DNA of 64,000 nucleotides from Neophaeotheca triangularis. Lineage: Eukaryota. Positions 1 to 11,500 of this stretch are shown here, piece by piece. Made by a program: the position numbers and the translations under genes. Positions within the stretch are counted from its first letter, which is position 1. Every line of letters starts with the position of its first letter. The notes under the pieces are model-generated. The model saw only the letters and a list, made by a program, of their open reading frames with translations, was not told the origin of the DNA and did not search any database. The stretch lies in assembly GCA_054600435.1 (NCBI GenBank), contig BAAIJX010000015.1:124001-188000 (forward strand), given 5' to 3'.

Positions 1-722
1 CTTGGCGCCCCTTCGTTGGGCCATGCTTCCTTCGGCTCCCAGAACCACCGGAAATTCGATAGAGCACCGCCCCATAAGCTCATTCGATCTTCAGTCCGCT
101 GCCGCAGCCTGAACATCTCCGAATTGTGATTCCTACTTCTCCGATGCTCTTCTGTCCAGGGCTCGTTCAGTCCGGCGACAGTGTGGCGTGCGAATGGGAC
201 CAGAAAGAACTCCCGGACAAGCGTCGCCAGAGACATATCCCTAGCCAGTGCCAGGGCAAACGCCCTGACACGAGGGCTCTTGCATTCCAGTTGGGTGATC
301 TGCGTGCGATATCCACCTGAAAAGACAACGTGAATGTTATGCTGGGCAATGCCTACACGGTACACTGCCGGATTCGTTGCGAACTGGGGTGAGCTGTGCT
401 TACGGGCGTGGAATCGGCTGTACAGGACCGACGTTGCCACTTTGTTGAGCCGGCGCGAGGCCAAACAGAGGTTGTACATCTCGTTGTAGTTGTTATGCAG
501 CCATTCTCGTTCCTGGACTAGGTTTTCGCATATTCTCATCAGGAGTTCGTCTGGCAGTCGTTCGAGGGGGTTGAGATCTTTTTCGCAAGGTACGGCGTTT
601 TCTGCAGGGCCGTCTTCAGCGGATGGTGAGTCAAAGAGTGCGGAGATAGGGTGAGGTCGGTCGCCTCGTTGCTCGAACAGAGCAATAGCCAGAGGGCTCT
701 GGGGATTATCGTCATCGTTCAT
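1..722 (-). CDS. F-box-like domain protein, 5' part (runs off left edge of window)
   Basis: Manual translation from ATG 722 is open to base 1: MNDDDNPQSPL...NPLERLPDELLMRICENLV...LCLASRRLNKVATSVLYSRF...RAFALALARDMSLATLVREFFL. LERLPDELLxxI and LCLASRRL..A..VLY fit the fungal F-box-like pattern. Probably absent from the ORF track because no stop lies in the window. Confidence 0.75.
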   Translation of the reverse strand, partial: MNDDDNPQSPLAIALFEQRGDRPHPISALFDSPSAEDGPAENAVPCEKDLNPLERLPDELLMRICENLVQEREWLHNNYNEMYNLCLASRRLNKVATSVLYSRFHARKHSSPQFATNPAVYRVGIAQHNIHVVFSGGYRTQITQLECKSPRVRAFALALARDMSLATLVREFFLVPFARHTVAGLNEPWTEEHRRSRNHNSEMFRLRQRTEDRMSLWGGALSNFRWFWEPKEAWPNEGAP

Positions 723-1410
723 CGTGAATTCATAGAAGCAGGTGTTAGGGAGGGATTGCAACTGTGGATAGGATCAGCGTTGCGGGCTGCTATGGCCAAA
801 TGTGGTCACATTAAATTTCTCCAGAGTAGATCGCAGGTTTTGGTAGATCGAAAGTGGCATGTTGTCGCAAGCGGAGCAGCACCTTTTTGTGGGCGACGCC
901 AAGCCACTAGAGCGTTCAAGGTGAATGAGGGTCTGGCCTTGACTCTGCCTGCGCCTGAGCGGCTCCTTCGAACCACAAGAACTTCCAATTGACTTGATAA
1001 GCCTTAATCTCCAGAAAGGATTTAACGATTTGCAGCACGCCGCAATCGTGTTATTTATTGCATGCCCTACGCACATCGAACTACGTACATCGCGTTGGAC
1101 AAGGCGTTCCATTCTCGGTGACTCGGTCTCACGCTGTCTCGTGAGAATAACAAACCTCCTTCTGGAGAGCTACAAGAGAGAGACTCCGGAGGTGTCCGAG
1201 TAAGGCGTGCGTGAGACGTTGCATGAATACCAAAACTATCTATGGAGTAGAGAGAGATTGAAGCTGTGCCTACAAGCAGCCCGTGCTCCCTCAGGTTTGC
1301 AGCAGCCTCTGTCATAGCACAGGTGGAAATCGATCGCCCATAGAATTTCCGCCAGACCCGCCCTCATTCTGATTGTCAAGCTGGCTGAGTGACCACCAAA
1401 TCTCTTACCT

Positions 1411-2956
1411 CTAGCGGTTGAAGTCACCCAAAGAGCGACCTATTCCCCAGACAGAACGTAGCTGCGTCCCAGGAACTGTAACTTCGCCGTCGGCCTCCGT
1501 TATATTGTCCATTTTCACCTCATGCAGCTCTTCCTCCGAGATCTGACCGTTCCAGTGCCCCATGACGTTTTGTAACTTTGTATGCTCGTCTCGCATCTCC
1601 TTCATCCTGGCTGCTTCTTCTTTCCGCAACTCGTACGCATCACACCAGAGTAGTGCGGTGCAAAAGGGCTCGACGGCGGTCGTTTCGTCCCTGGAGAGAA
1701 TTTTAAGTAGGGTGTACTGTTTTAGCTCTTCGGCGGCCTCCGCAATGGTTTTTGCTATGTCATCGCCGGTCTAATCCGGACAAGCTGACTGCAGCGACCG
1801 ACAAGATCGATGATATCGTTTCAAACAAGGTCGCCATCGCGGATGTCCAGAACCTTTCAATTTCGAAGCGGAGCGTCATCGATCAGCGGCGGGAATTGAG
1901 AGATGCCGACAAGGGCAAGGCGTTTGGCTGAACAGAAACCGTCAGCTTCGAAAATCTGGAGTTATGGGACGGTTGGCAATAGTGAAATAGCACTGAATAC
2001 TTCACATCGCTCTTCGAAATTCCAAAAGAGCTCCTCCCATGTTCCATGAACTGCCAGGCGAGAGAGTGGTGGATGTTGACACCTAGTAGAGCCGTGTCCT
2101 CGGCCAAACATATCTTCCAACACAAGTGACATTTCCAGAGGGCACCCATAGCCAATCCTTAGGTCGTGGTCGTCTTCGCTCCACTCACACATGCAAATAT
2201 CAAGCTCAATAACATCAGTGCAAAGGGAGAAGGCGACGATCAGCTCCGCAAAGTTACAGCCGTTGCGCAAGCAATCTGCCAACGACCGGCGAAGGCGCGT
2301 TGACGCAATACCGCCACTCATTCCCAGCAGGATCTGAAGCTCGTTCTGGGTAGGTGGATCCGCCGTGTGCCAGACGAACGATGTCAGGAAGAAAGTTCAA
2401 ACCAGCTTAGCTAAGCGCGGATCTTTCCCAAGAGCGAGAGCGAATGCGCGGATATTGACCCTCCCATGATCGTTCTGTGCGGTTTGACGTTCATGTTTGC
2501 CTTGCAAAACTCTCGCATGCTGCTTGTGGAATTGGAACCGACTGTATAAAACGGACGTGGCGACTTCGTTGAGGCGGCGCGAGGCTGAAAAGACATCGTA
2601 GAGCTTGCTGAAGTTGTTTGGGAGCAGTACATAGTTGGACACCACCTCTTCGCAAATCCTCGTCAAGAGCTCATCGGGTAGTTGTTCGAGGTGGCTGGGT
2701 GCTTCATCGTGAAACCGGACATCGAATCTCTCAAATAAGCGGTCCTCAGAGTGATTCTCACACTGCATTCTGGAACGTGATAGCTGTAGGCGCAGGGACC
2801 GAAAGCTGGAACATCACAAGTGGGGAGATTGTGGCGGTCTGAGAGCTTCGATGGACGATGAGGGGAACTGTCATCCAGGTCTTCCACAAACCGCTGAAAT
2901 GGTTCGTGGGTGATTGGTGATGGTGTTGCAGTAGGAACGGGAATAGCGTTGGCCAT
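1411..2956 (-). pseudogene. Disrupted F-box-like gene, tandem paralog of 1..722
   Basis: HLEQLPDELLTRICEEVV...SASRRLNEVATSVLYSRF...RAFALALGKDPRLAKLV*TFFL aligns with the neighbour. The same frame continues through stops at 2399-2397 (TGA), 1964-1962 (TAA), 1859-1857 and 1823-1821 (TGA), with frame changes near 2770 and 1770. End points approximate. Confidence 0.7.
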
Positions 2957-3985
2957 GGTGAGGGTGGATGCTGGTATGGTTGCTGAATGCTGGGAAAGGA
3001 AAGTTGAAGGTCGAAGGCCAAGCTGAAGGTACCGTACGTTTCTGTGTAGGCTACGCCAAGCCCTGAGATACCCCGAGCTAAGTGAGCAATTGTTTCGCGA
3101 TTGAGTAACCAGGGGGCCAGAGATGCAGCAGCAGACGACAGCCTCCCACTAGTGGCTCTGGTCAACTAGCGGCATTGATTTACCGCCTATGCTGAAGGGT
3201 TGTTTCTACCCGTAGACGTTGATGAGCAAAGAACAGGTATTTGACCAACGTTGAGCTAAGTCTTGATAACTCGCAAAGTTGACATGGTATTAGTATAGAA
3301 CTCAAAGTGCTTAGTGGTTAGAGGAGATCATCTTCGAACTGATAATACCTATCTCAAACTGCTCAATACTTAATGCAGCACTGCCAATGTGACATAAACT
3401 GATCCAAGACAAAAGAGCAAAAGAAACTCCCTTGAAAGAAGGGAGAAGAAACCACTTAGCATTCTGAGTACCCGAAGGCTGGTTTACTTTTTTTCTTTGG
3501 GGGAGGGGGAGGGGGGAGCGTGTTCTCAATTCTGTTCTGTCTTTGTTGGGATTCGAACTGTCGCCGAATTGGTGGAAGAGATGTATTCGTACGTTTCTGT
3601 AGAAGTGTTAGCGTGGTTAATTGTTTCGAATTGGGAAAGAGGGGGAGGGAGATCGTACCGTTGCGTCTTGTCGTTTCGCCTGAAAGATCCTGTTGGAAAG
3701 TCAAATATATTGTTTCATTGCCATTGTCACTTGGCGGTTCACGCTGTAATTCCTCACCTCGGGAGTCGCTGTTTGTTGTCTCACGTGAACTTCTGCACCA
3801 CATCAACTCTCTACCTCAAGGTAACAACAACACATTCCATCTTCTCAGTCTCACACGCTCACCACCGAACCGCCTCCTTCGATAGCGTCTTTCAATAGCC
3901 TTTGAGACACTAGCACAGCACAGCACGCACCACGCCACCACCTGCCTCTTAACCATCAGACCTTCACTACAACACCCTCGCCATC

Positions 3986-5458
3986 ATGACGACAATCACG
4001 AGACCCACCTACGCCGACATTGTGAAGGGTATCGCCAAGCAGCCGAAGCATGCAGATGTAGCGCCACTAACAGCAACAGCCTTAAAAGGCTTCCAGCGAC
4101 CTAGCGGTGTCCCAGTCGCGAAGCCTGCCACCTCCAAACGCGGCGGCCTGGCAAAGCGCGCCCCTACCCCATCGCCCAAATCCATGCGCTCCAATGCAGA
4201 ACTCTCCGCCGCGAGCACCTTGGCCTATATTCCTGGATCCGCGGATGAGGTAGTTAGCGAGTCTGGCACTTCGGTCACAGACTCGTCCCTTCGAATCGCA
4301 ATTGCCTCCGCCGAGTCTGCCCTGAAGATGTCGGCTCCCGGCCAGCAGCATACCGAGCCTGCGCGCAACCCGTCTAAGCTAGGGGGTCTGGAGAGGTATG
4401 TCAAGAACACCACCTCAGCATCGTCGCCTGCAGAGAACAACTGGGACAAATTGCCCGTGGAACTGCACCAGAAGATCCTGGGAGACGTCGTCGGTCAATG
4501 CACTATTCGCCGACACGTCGTGAAGTGGCTGAATGCCCTGTTTGGCTTCACCGAGTCCAAAAGAGAAAATTCAGTCCAGAAAACTGACCTCATTAGATGC
4601 ATGAGACCATATGAGCGTGAGGCTATGAACAAGATGCTTCGCTTGCGCCTGGTTTCCAACAATATCAATGCGGAGCTGTACTGGGTACTGCAAGACTGGC
4701 TCTCTCAGCCACCAATGAGTATACAGCAGCTCAAAGAGGTGCTGGCAGAAGGTAGAGGGGTTTCGGGGTCCAAGAGCCTGGTCTTGGAGATCTTCAGCTT
4801 CGACGACCTCCACCGCTGCGCCGAGACTATTCGCGGAGGTGGTGCATCAGGCGCCTTCGACGATGCGACGGATAATTACCACCAACGCTCCTGGAGGTAT
4901 TTCCAGGGGATGATCAAGGGGTACCAGGAGGATCTGTCGTGGGCGTCCAGTCAGGCCTTCCAAGATGGCTACTTGAGAGATGCTTCGATGCTCGGAACGC
5001 TCAACTCGAGCTTTTCGTACTACATGCGCGCAATAGACGCAATGTACTCATTGCCGCGGTCGTGGATTAAGCAGCTTGCCGCAATCTCCACCGGCATCAC
5101 GAAGCTGACGCTCGTGATGACCGAGAATCTCGTCTTTTGTGGTCTCGGCTACATGCGAGAAGTAGAAGATCTGGACATCCTCTGCCAGCAGTCCATCTTC
5201 TCTGGCCACCCCAGTGGATTGGCGTCGCAACCCCGCCTCCGCGAGCAAAGGCTGAATCGCTTCTACAACACCGTCCGCTTGGCCTGCGGTCCTGCGGTCC
5301 AAATTGAGCTGGTAGACTCAGGGAGCGGCGAAAGGGTGGAAAGCCGTCCGTTGATGAGGCAGTTGGTACTCGCAGATGGCTATTGGGAAGTCGGCAACGG
5401 GAACGAGGCGGGCGAAGGCGATATCCATGATCAGCATGCGGATTTGTTTGGCGAGTAG
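3986..5458 (+). CDS. Hypothetical 490-aa protein with an F-box-like motif
   Basis: Long intronless ORF with good start context (gccatcATG), a disordered N-terminus and the motif NWDKLPVELHQKILGDVV resembling an F-box helix. Confidence 0.7.
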   Translation: MTTITRPTYADIVKGIAKQPKHADVAPLTATALKGFQRPSGVPVAKPATSKRGGLAKRAPTPSPKSMRSNAELSAASTLAYIPGSADEVVSESGTSVTDSSLRIAIASAESALKMSAPGQQHTEPARNPSKLGGLERYVKNTTSASSPAENNWDKLPVELHQKILGDVVGQCTIRRHVVKWLNALFGFTESKRENSVQKTDLIRCMRPYEREAMNKMLRLRLVSNNINAELYWVLQDWLSQPPMSIQQLKEVLAEGRGVSGSKSLVLEIFSFDDLHRCAETIRGGGASGAFDDATDNYHQRSWRYFQGMIKGYQEDLSWASSQAFQDGYLRDASMLGTLNSSFSYYMRAIDAMYSLPRSWIKQLAAISTGITKLTLVMTENLVFCGLGYMREVEDLDILCQQSIFSGHPSGLASQPRLREQRLNRFYNTVRLACGPAVQIELVDSGSGERVESRPLMRQLVLADGYWEVGNGNEAGEGDIHDQHADLFGE

Positions 5459-6317
5459 TTTAGAGGAGGTAAGGTCTTTTTTTTGGGGGGGCCGGGGGGG
5501 GAGCCCTTTGGTGGGTAGTTTGATTGTTGTCATACGTGATTGTGGGAAGGGTAGATACGAAATCAATTGCCTCCGGGCGCAGTTCACAGTTGTCACGTCC
5601 AGGTTGTTCCTGTAATGTAGCCGTCTTGTCGGTCTCTGATGCAGCCCTCCACCCACCGTAGCGTCGCTCTAAAATCCTTGAAGAAGCGCCGAGAGGTGCG
5701 ATCAACATCTGCTGTAGTTAGCATAGATTGCCCCTGAGCGTGCTGAACAAATGTCACAGGCTAGGTTCTTCCTATACAGTAGCCTAGTTCTCGGTCTCTG
5801 GGTCGACCCCTCGATCACTACGGAATCGCTCGAATATCCGTGACAAGGCGCCGGGAGGTGCGTTCAACAGCTGTGACTGATATATTTGCCTCCCGGCGGT
5901 TTTGGACGACATCTTGAGGAGAAGTATCATGCATCGATTGCCTGCGTCAAGCCAATGATCACTGCAAGCGGTTTGTGAGGCGCGTGCAGATATCGAGTGT
6001 ATATTGGCCGAGGACAGATAGAAAAGGGGGTCAGGGAGGAGATGTCGTCTGGTCAAGCTTCACATGTTGGCCCCCACTCGAGCGGGAACGGTTCCGCGCT
6101 CGCGTGTAAGTTTCTTGAGCTTCACGACGCGACATAGTATGGGAAAAGCTGCCTTACCGAGTGTTTGTATTCAAGGCCACATTTCACCTCCAAACAAATC
6201 AGACCTCGATTCCGCCATACTCTCCCACAACAAGCGATATTCGAACCGGCCATACCACCACAGCCAACTTAGCGAACCCCAACCACCGACTCTTCACTAC
6301 GCCGGTAGGCTACTACC

Positions 6318-8185
6318 ATGGCCGGCATCTTCGAACAACCGCGCAATGCGGGCACTCTCTTCCTCGGCGGCTCCAAGGTCTCAGGGCAGGATATTCGTGA
6401 CCAGAATGTCCAGGCCACACAGGCGATCGCCACCATCGTCAAGTCCTCCTTCGGGCCTAGCGGTCTGGACAAGATGATGGTCGACGATATTGGCGACGTC
6501 ACAGTCACAAACGACGGAGCGACCATCCTGAGCTTGTTGAGCGTAGAGCACCCGGCGGGCAAGATCATGGTAGACTTGGCGCAGCAGCAGGATAAGGAGG
6601 TGGGAGATGGGACAACAAGTGTGGTTCTGATAGCCGCTGAGCTGCTACGGAGGGCAAACGAGTTGATGAAGATGCGCCTTCACCCTACCACCATCATCAC
6701 TGGATACCGTCTTGCCCTGCGAGAGGCTGTCCGCTACATGCACGAAAACATCGCCACCAAGGTTGAGACTCTGGGCCGTGAATCTCTCATCAACATCGCA
6801 AAGACCTCCATGAGCAGCAAGATTATTGGTTCCGACTCCGAGTTCTTTGCCAATATGGTTGTGGACGCTATCACCAGCGTCAAGACCGTCAATGCACGTG
6901 GCGAGGTCAAGTACCCCGTTAAGGCTGTCAACGTGCTAAAAGCCCACGGCAAGAGCGCTACCGAGAGCATGCTCGTCAAGGGTTACGCCTTGAACTGCAC
7001 AGTGGCCAGTCAGGCAATGACGACCAGAATCACAGACGCCAAGATCGCCGTTCTCGACATGAACCTGCAAAAGGAGCGCATGAAGATGGGTGTCAACGTC
7101 GTCATCGACGACCCAGCACAGCTCGAGAAGATTCGTGAGCGCGAGTCTAGCATGGTCATTGAGCGCATCGAGATGATTCTCAAGGCCGGTGCGAACGTCG
7201 TCTTCACTACCAAGGGTATCGACGACATGTGCCTAAAGCACTTCATCGAAAAGGGCGCCATGGCCGTCAGACGGTGCAAGAAGGAAGACCTCCGTCGTAT
7301 CGCCAAGGCCACAGGTGCGCAAATGGTCAGCACATTGGCGGACTTGAACGGTGACGAGAAGTTTGAGGCGAGCAATTTGGGCCAAGCAGAGGAGGTCAGC
7401 CAGGAGCGCATCAGCGACGACGAGTGCATCATTGTTAGGGGCCCGAAGGTGCAGGGTCGTGACGGCGCGCTCTCGTCCATTGTCCTGCGTGGTCCCAACG
7501 AGTACAGCTTGGACGAGATGGAGCGCTCGGTGCACGACTCGCTTTCCGCCGTCAAGCGCACACTCGAGTCCGGCAGGATAGTGCCCGGTGGTGGTGCCGT
7601 TGAGACTGCTCTGCACATCTACCTCGAGGAGTGGGCGACGAGCGTGGTAAGTTTCCTCCATTCCCATTGCCGCACTCACACCGTCTCCCACTAACACATG
7701 TCCTCCAGGGCTCCCGCGAACAACTTGCCATAGGCGCCTTCGCAGCCTCGCTCCTCACTATCCCCAACACCCTCGCCGTCAACGCCGCCAAAGACTCCAC
7801 CGAGCTCACAGCCCAGCTTCGTAGCCGCCACGCCCTCTCCCAACGCACGGCAGCCGAAAACACCGCGCACCCGCACCCGCCAACCCAAACAACCGCCTCC
7901 AACGGCCTCCCGCAACCCGCCCCGACGGCCAAGCAACCCAGCCAGCAACAACAAGCTGACGACAAGGCCGCGGCTAAGGCGCGGAATTACAAAAACTACG
8001 GCTTGGACTTGGCGAACGGCAAGGTGCAGGACTGTCTCAAGGCCGGTGTTCTCGAGCCCAGTATGAGCAAGGTTAAGCAGCTGAAGAGTGCCGTCGAGGC
8101 TTGCGTGGCTATTATGCGCATTGATACGCTGATTAAGCTGGATCCGGAGCAGAGGGGTGATCCCGGTGATGGGCATGGGCACTAG
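6318..8185 (+). CDS. CCT1: T-complex protein 1 subunit alpha (CCT alpha); intron 7647-7708
   Basis: Chaperonin motifs [42 protein letters not shown]...CTAAC...CAG intron joins WATSV to GSREQLAI. Confidence 0.97.
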
Positions 8186-8550
8186 ACGGAAGAGGGGAGC
8201 AGGGGATAGATGGGGCTAGTGGTAAGCGTGTAGTAAAATGGGACGACGGCTGGATGTCAAAGCCGTGAAAATGCAATGGCACGCTCATGTCTGCGAGCTC
8301 AGCGTTTCGTAGATATACTCCGCTGTACTGCTATGATACAAATTGTAGCTATGTTTGCGCGCGCTGCCATTTCGCTCCTTCCTCTTGCGGATCGTAAAAC
8401 TTTTCGTCCATTAAAATCATGGACTAGTCGAAAACGAGAAGATACGAAAAAAGCCAAACAGACCCAAGACGCCACGCAAAAAGCAAGAGCAAGTTCGTAG
8501 AATCGTGATACGTCCATCCCTTCCTGCATCCATGACCCCGTCCACCCCTC

Positions 8551-11500
8551 TCAACTACCCTCCTCCTTGATCTGCACCCTCAGCCCCACATTTTCCCTCT
8601 TCAACCTCGCAACCTCTCGTTTCAGACTAGCCGCCTCATCCTGGCTGCCCTTGAGCTGACTCCTCAACTCCTCGACACCATCACCCCCTCTCACAGCCTT
8701 CAGCACTCTCTCCAACTCCGAGTTGAACTTGGCATACAGCGCCTCGTTCTCCCCGTTAGCCTCGCGGTATAGCGCATCCAGCTTACGACCCTTGTTCTCG
8801 CTGATGGTCAAACTGGTGGCGACGTCGTTCTGGAGGGTGGACAGCGTGGCCGTTAGGTTCGAAATTTGCGTTGGTAGGTGGGACTCGAGTTTCAGAATCC
8901 GCGCGGCCAGGTCGGAGGTCGGCCGGAGCGAGCCTGTGCCTTGACGTGAGGGGGCGGGGGAGGCGCGGATGGAGTTTTGTCGCATGCTACTGTTGTGTTG
9001 CAGGGCGTGGGATGAGGTGAGCTCGTCTCCTATCCTGCTCAGCTCGTCTTGCAGGCTGTGCTGCGCGGTGGTTATGTTGGCTTGTTCATTTTGCAGGCGT
9101 TCACGCAATTTTTGCGGCGATTGCATGCGGAGCTTTTTCGGTGGCGAGCCATTATTGGGTGTACCTGTGCCGGAGGACGTAGGCGCAGTAGGGGCGGTAG
9201 GGGTAGGCTTTTGCGCGGGCTTCTCGTGGCGGGATGGGGATTGCTTGATGATGTTGCCAGACCCGGGGCGCTCGTAAAGGCCGGATCGGACTGGAGTCCC
9301 TCCCCCTGGCCGCTGCGTTGTGCTTGCCCTGGGCATCAGAGATGGAATGTTCGACATGCCACGAGCTGGGCTACCCGTTGCCTGAGTCTCAGGTGCAGGA
9401 GTGTTATTATTTGCGGGTCTGGGTTCCGGACTTGCGAGCGCCTTGCTGGCAGGTGGCGTGTTCTCTTTCCGGAACGAAGCGGGTAGCCTTGAACGCGGAG
9501 TCCCTTGTGTCGGTGTACCCAGGCTACCAAATCGGCCGCTGCCAGCTTTCGAAGATGGCGTTGAGGGCCCTGGTGAAGCCGGTAAAGACTTGTCTTCAAT
9601 ACGTGCATGCGAAGAGGGGGGGGGGCGACCCGCCGGCGAGCAAGGAAACTCCTGCTGCGCAATGTCCAAGGCCTTGAGATCAGACAAGGAGCTCCTACGC
9701 TTCTTCTTTGGCGGGCCGTGCGGTATAAAGCTAGGATGTTCGCCTATTGTGGAGAGCCCGAGATTGTGAGTAGAAGCGGCAGCCTGGTCTTTGATGGCAG
9801 TATCATCGAGGGAAAGAGGTTTGTTGGCCGGCGGTCCTTCTTGCGAAGTTGGTCGCCTGGTCATGACTCTCCCATCGATATCTGTAGAGTATGATCGATT
9901 GAGTGTGTTGCGCGTCAAGCTGCCGCTGGGAGTTGGCTCGAGTTTGTTGCCGCCTTTGCTCAGCGTGCGCCAGACAGACGCAACCTTGGACTCTTGTTCA
10001 GATTTGCTGTTCTCCCTCGAAAGGCCACCGAAGCCAAACTTCCTCCTCAACGAAGAGGTATTCGAAGTGAGAGAACCGGTGTTCTCGGACCTCGCTCGCT
10101 TGTGAGAAGGGCCACTGGCTTCAGCAATGCGCTGAGCATCTTCCAAAGGCTCGCCGAAATACGTATCCGTGTCGTCGACGAAGCGGTCGATCAAAGCGAT
10201 GTAGTCGTGCGGGTTGCCCTCAGTCACCAACACTTCCGCAAAAGCAGCCGTTAGGGTACCTCTATCACCATCATTGCCGGTACCATCAAGTAGATCGGCC
10301 AAAAGGCTGATGATAGCCTTAAAAGCCCGCTGGTTCTGCGGCGAGAGTGTGGCGAGGGTGGTTTTGAAGAAGTTGTCGAAGTCCGCCGGAAACATAGTCT
10401 CGGCTTTTGCCTGAATCGCCTGAATGGTCTGGAACGGGACCATGGGCCCCATCTGCTGCTTCCAGGCTAGGTTGAGAAACTTCTCAAACGCAGCGAACAG
10501 GACATCGACGGTCGCTTCGGCGGCATAGACCATCATGTTCGGGTCTTCTAGCAAGCTGTTGTAAAGCTCGTTGACGGCCACCTCGTCTGCAGTTGCGCGC
10601 ATCTTCAAGCTCCTGCCAACAATGTTGCCCTTGCGGGCTTGCAGTGCCAAGATGTATGCTGATAAAGTATCCTCGAGTTTCTTCAAATTGCTGCCTCCAA
10701 GCTGCTCTGTCGAGCGCATCGATGATAAAGACTTAGGAGTGCCTTGATCCTTGAAAACTGTGGAGGCAGGTCTGCCATCTCGGCTTGTTGGCTTTGGAGC
10801 TGGCTGGGGAGGAGGCGGCATGCGTGGAATGTTCGACATTACGGAAGATTGGCTTTTGAAGGATGGGTGTTGACTGCCCGGTCCAGTACTTGCCAGGAAG
10901 CTAGAAAGCATCTTGACGGGCGACTTTGGTCGGTGACTCCTTTGCTGCACCACCACTGGGGGCTTGTCTTCGGTTTCGTCTGCCGGCACGGCTTGAAGCT
11001 CAATCGACTGCAGGATATCCTCGTTCTGCTGTAGCAGAGTGCTAGTCAAGGACGGCTGGCTGATTGCATTGCGGGCTGCCACCAGACCTCCGAGCCTTCT
11101 GCGAACAACGTTCACCAGCTCAGCAGCCGGCACATGTTCCCTACTAGCGGGACCATCGAGAGACTCGACACAAAGTCTCCAAAGACCGCCGCTAACAGGT
11201 GACACCGTGACGACTGTGTTGATACCCAGTTGTCCAGCTCGAGGACGCTGCGAGTGCTTGTCGATATCGACCATGATGCGGACAGACGCCCTATTCTGTC
11301 TTGCTTGCACATGCTCATGATTGGCGTCATCAAATACGGCGCTAAGAAGAGTAAAATAGTCCGTCGTAGCCTGTGTCGCTCGGACTTCCCACTTGGCAGA
11401 TTCTCGCTCGCGTTCACTGAAGCGCCCTTCGACTCGTGCCTTGGTCAACTCCTCAACCAGCCGCGCAGCCTTGCCTTCGTATGAGCCCTCGAGCTTGAAG

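Noticed and set aside
7010..8182. Long antisense ORFs over CCT1 (likewise over GUA1, RPN1, SUV3 and 61499-62716)
   Set aside because: Shadow ORFs expected from GC-rich codon bias opposite real genes; no independent motifs.
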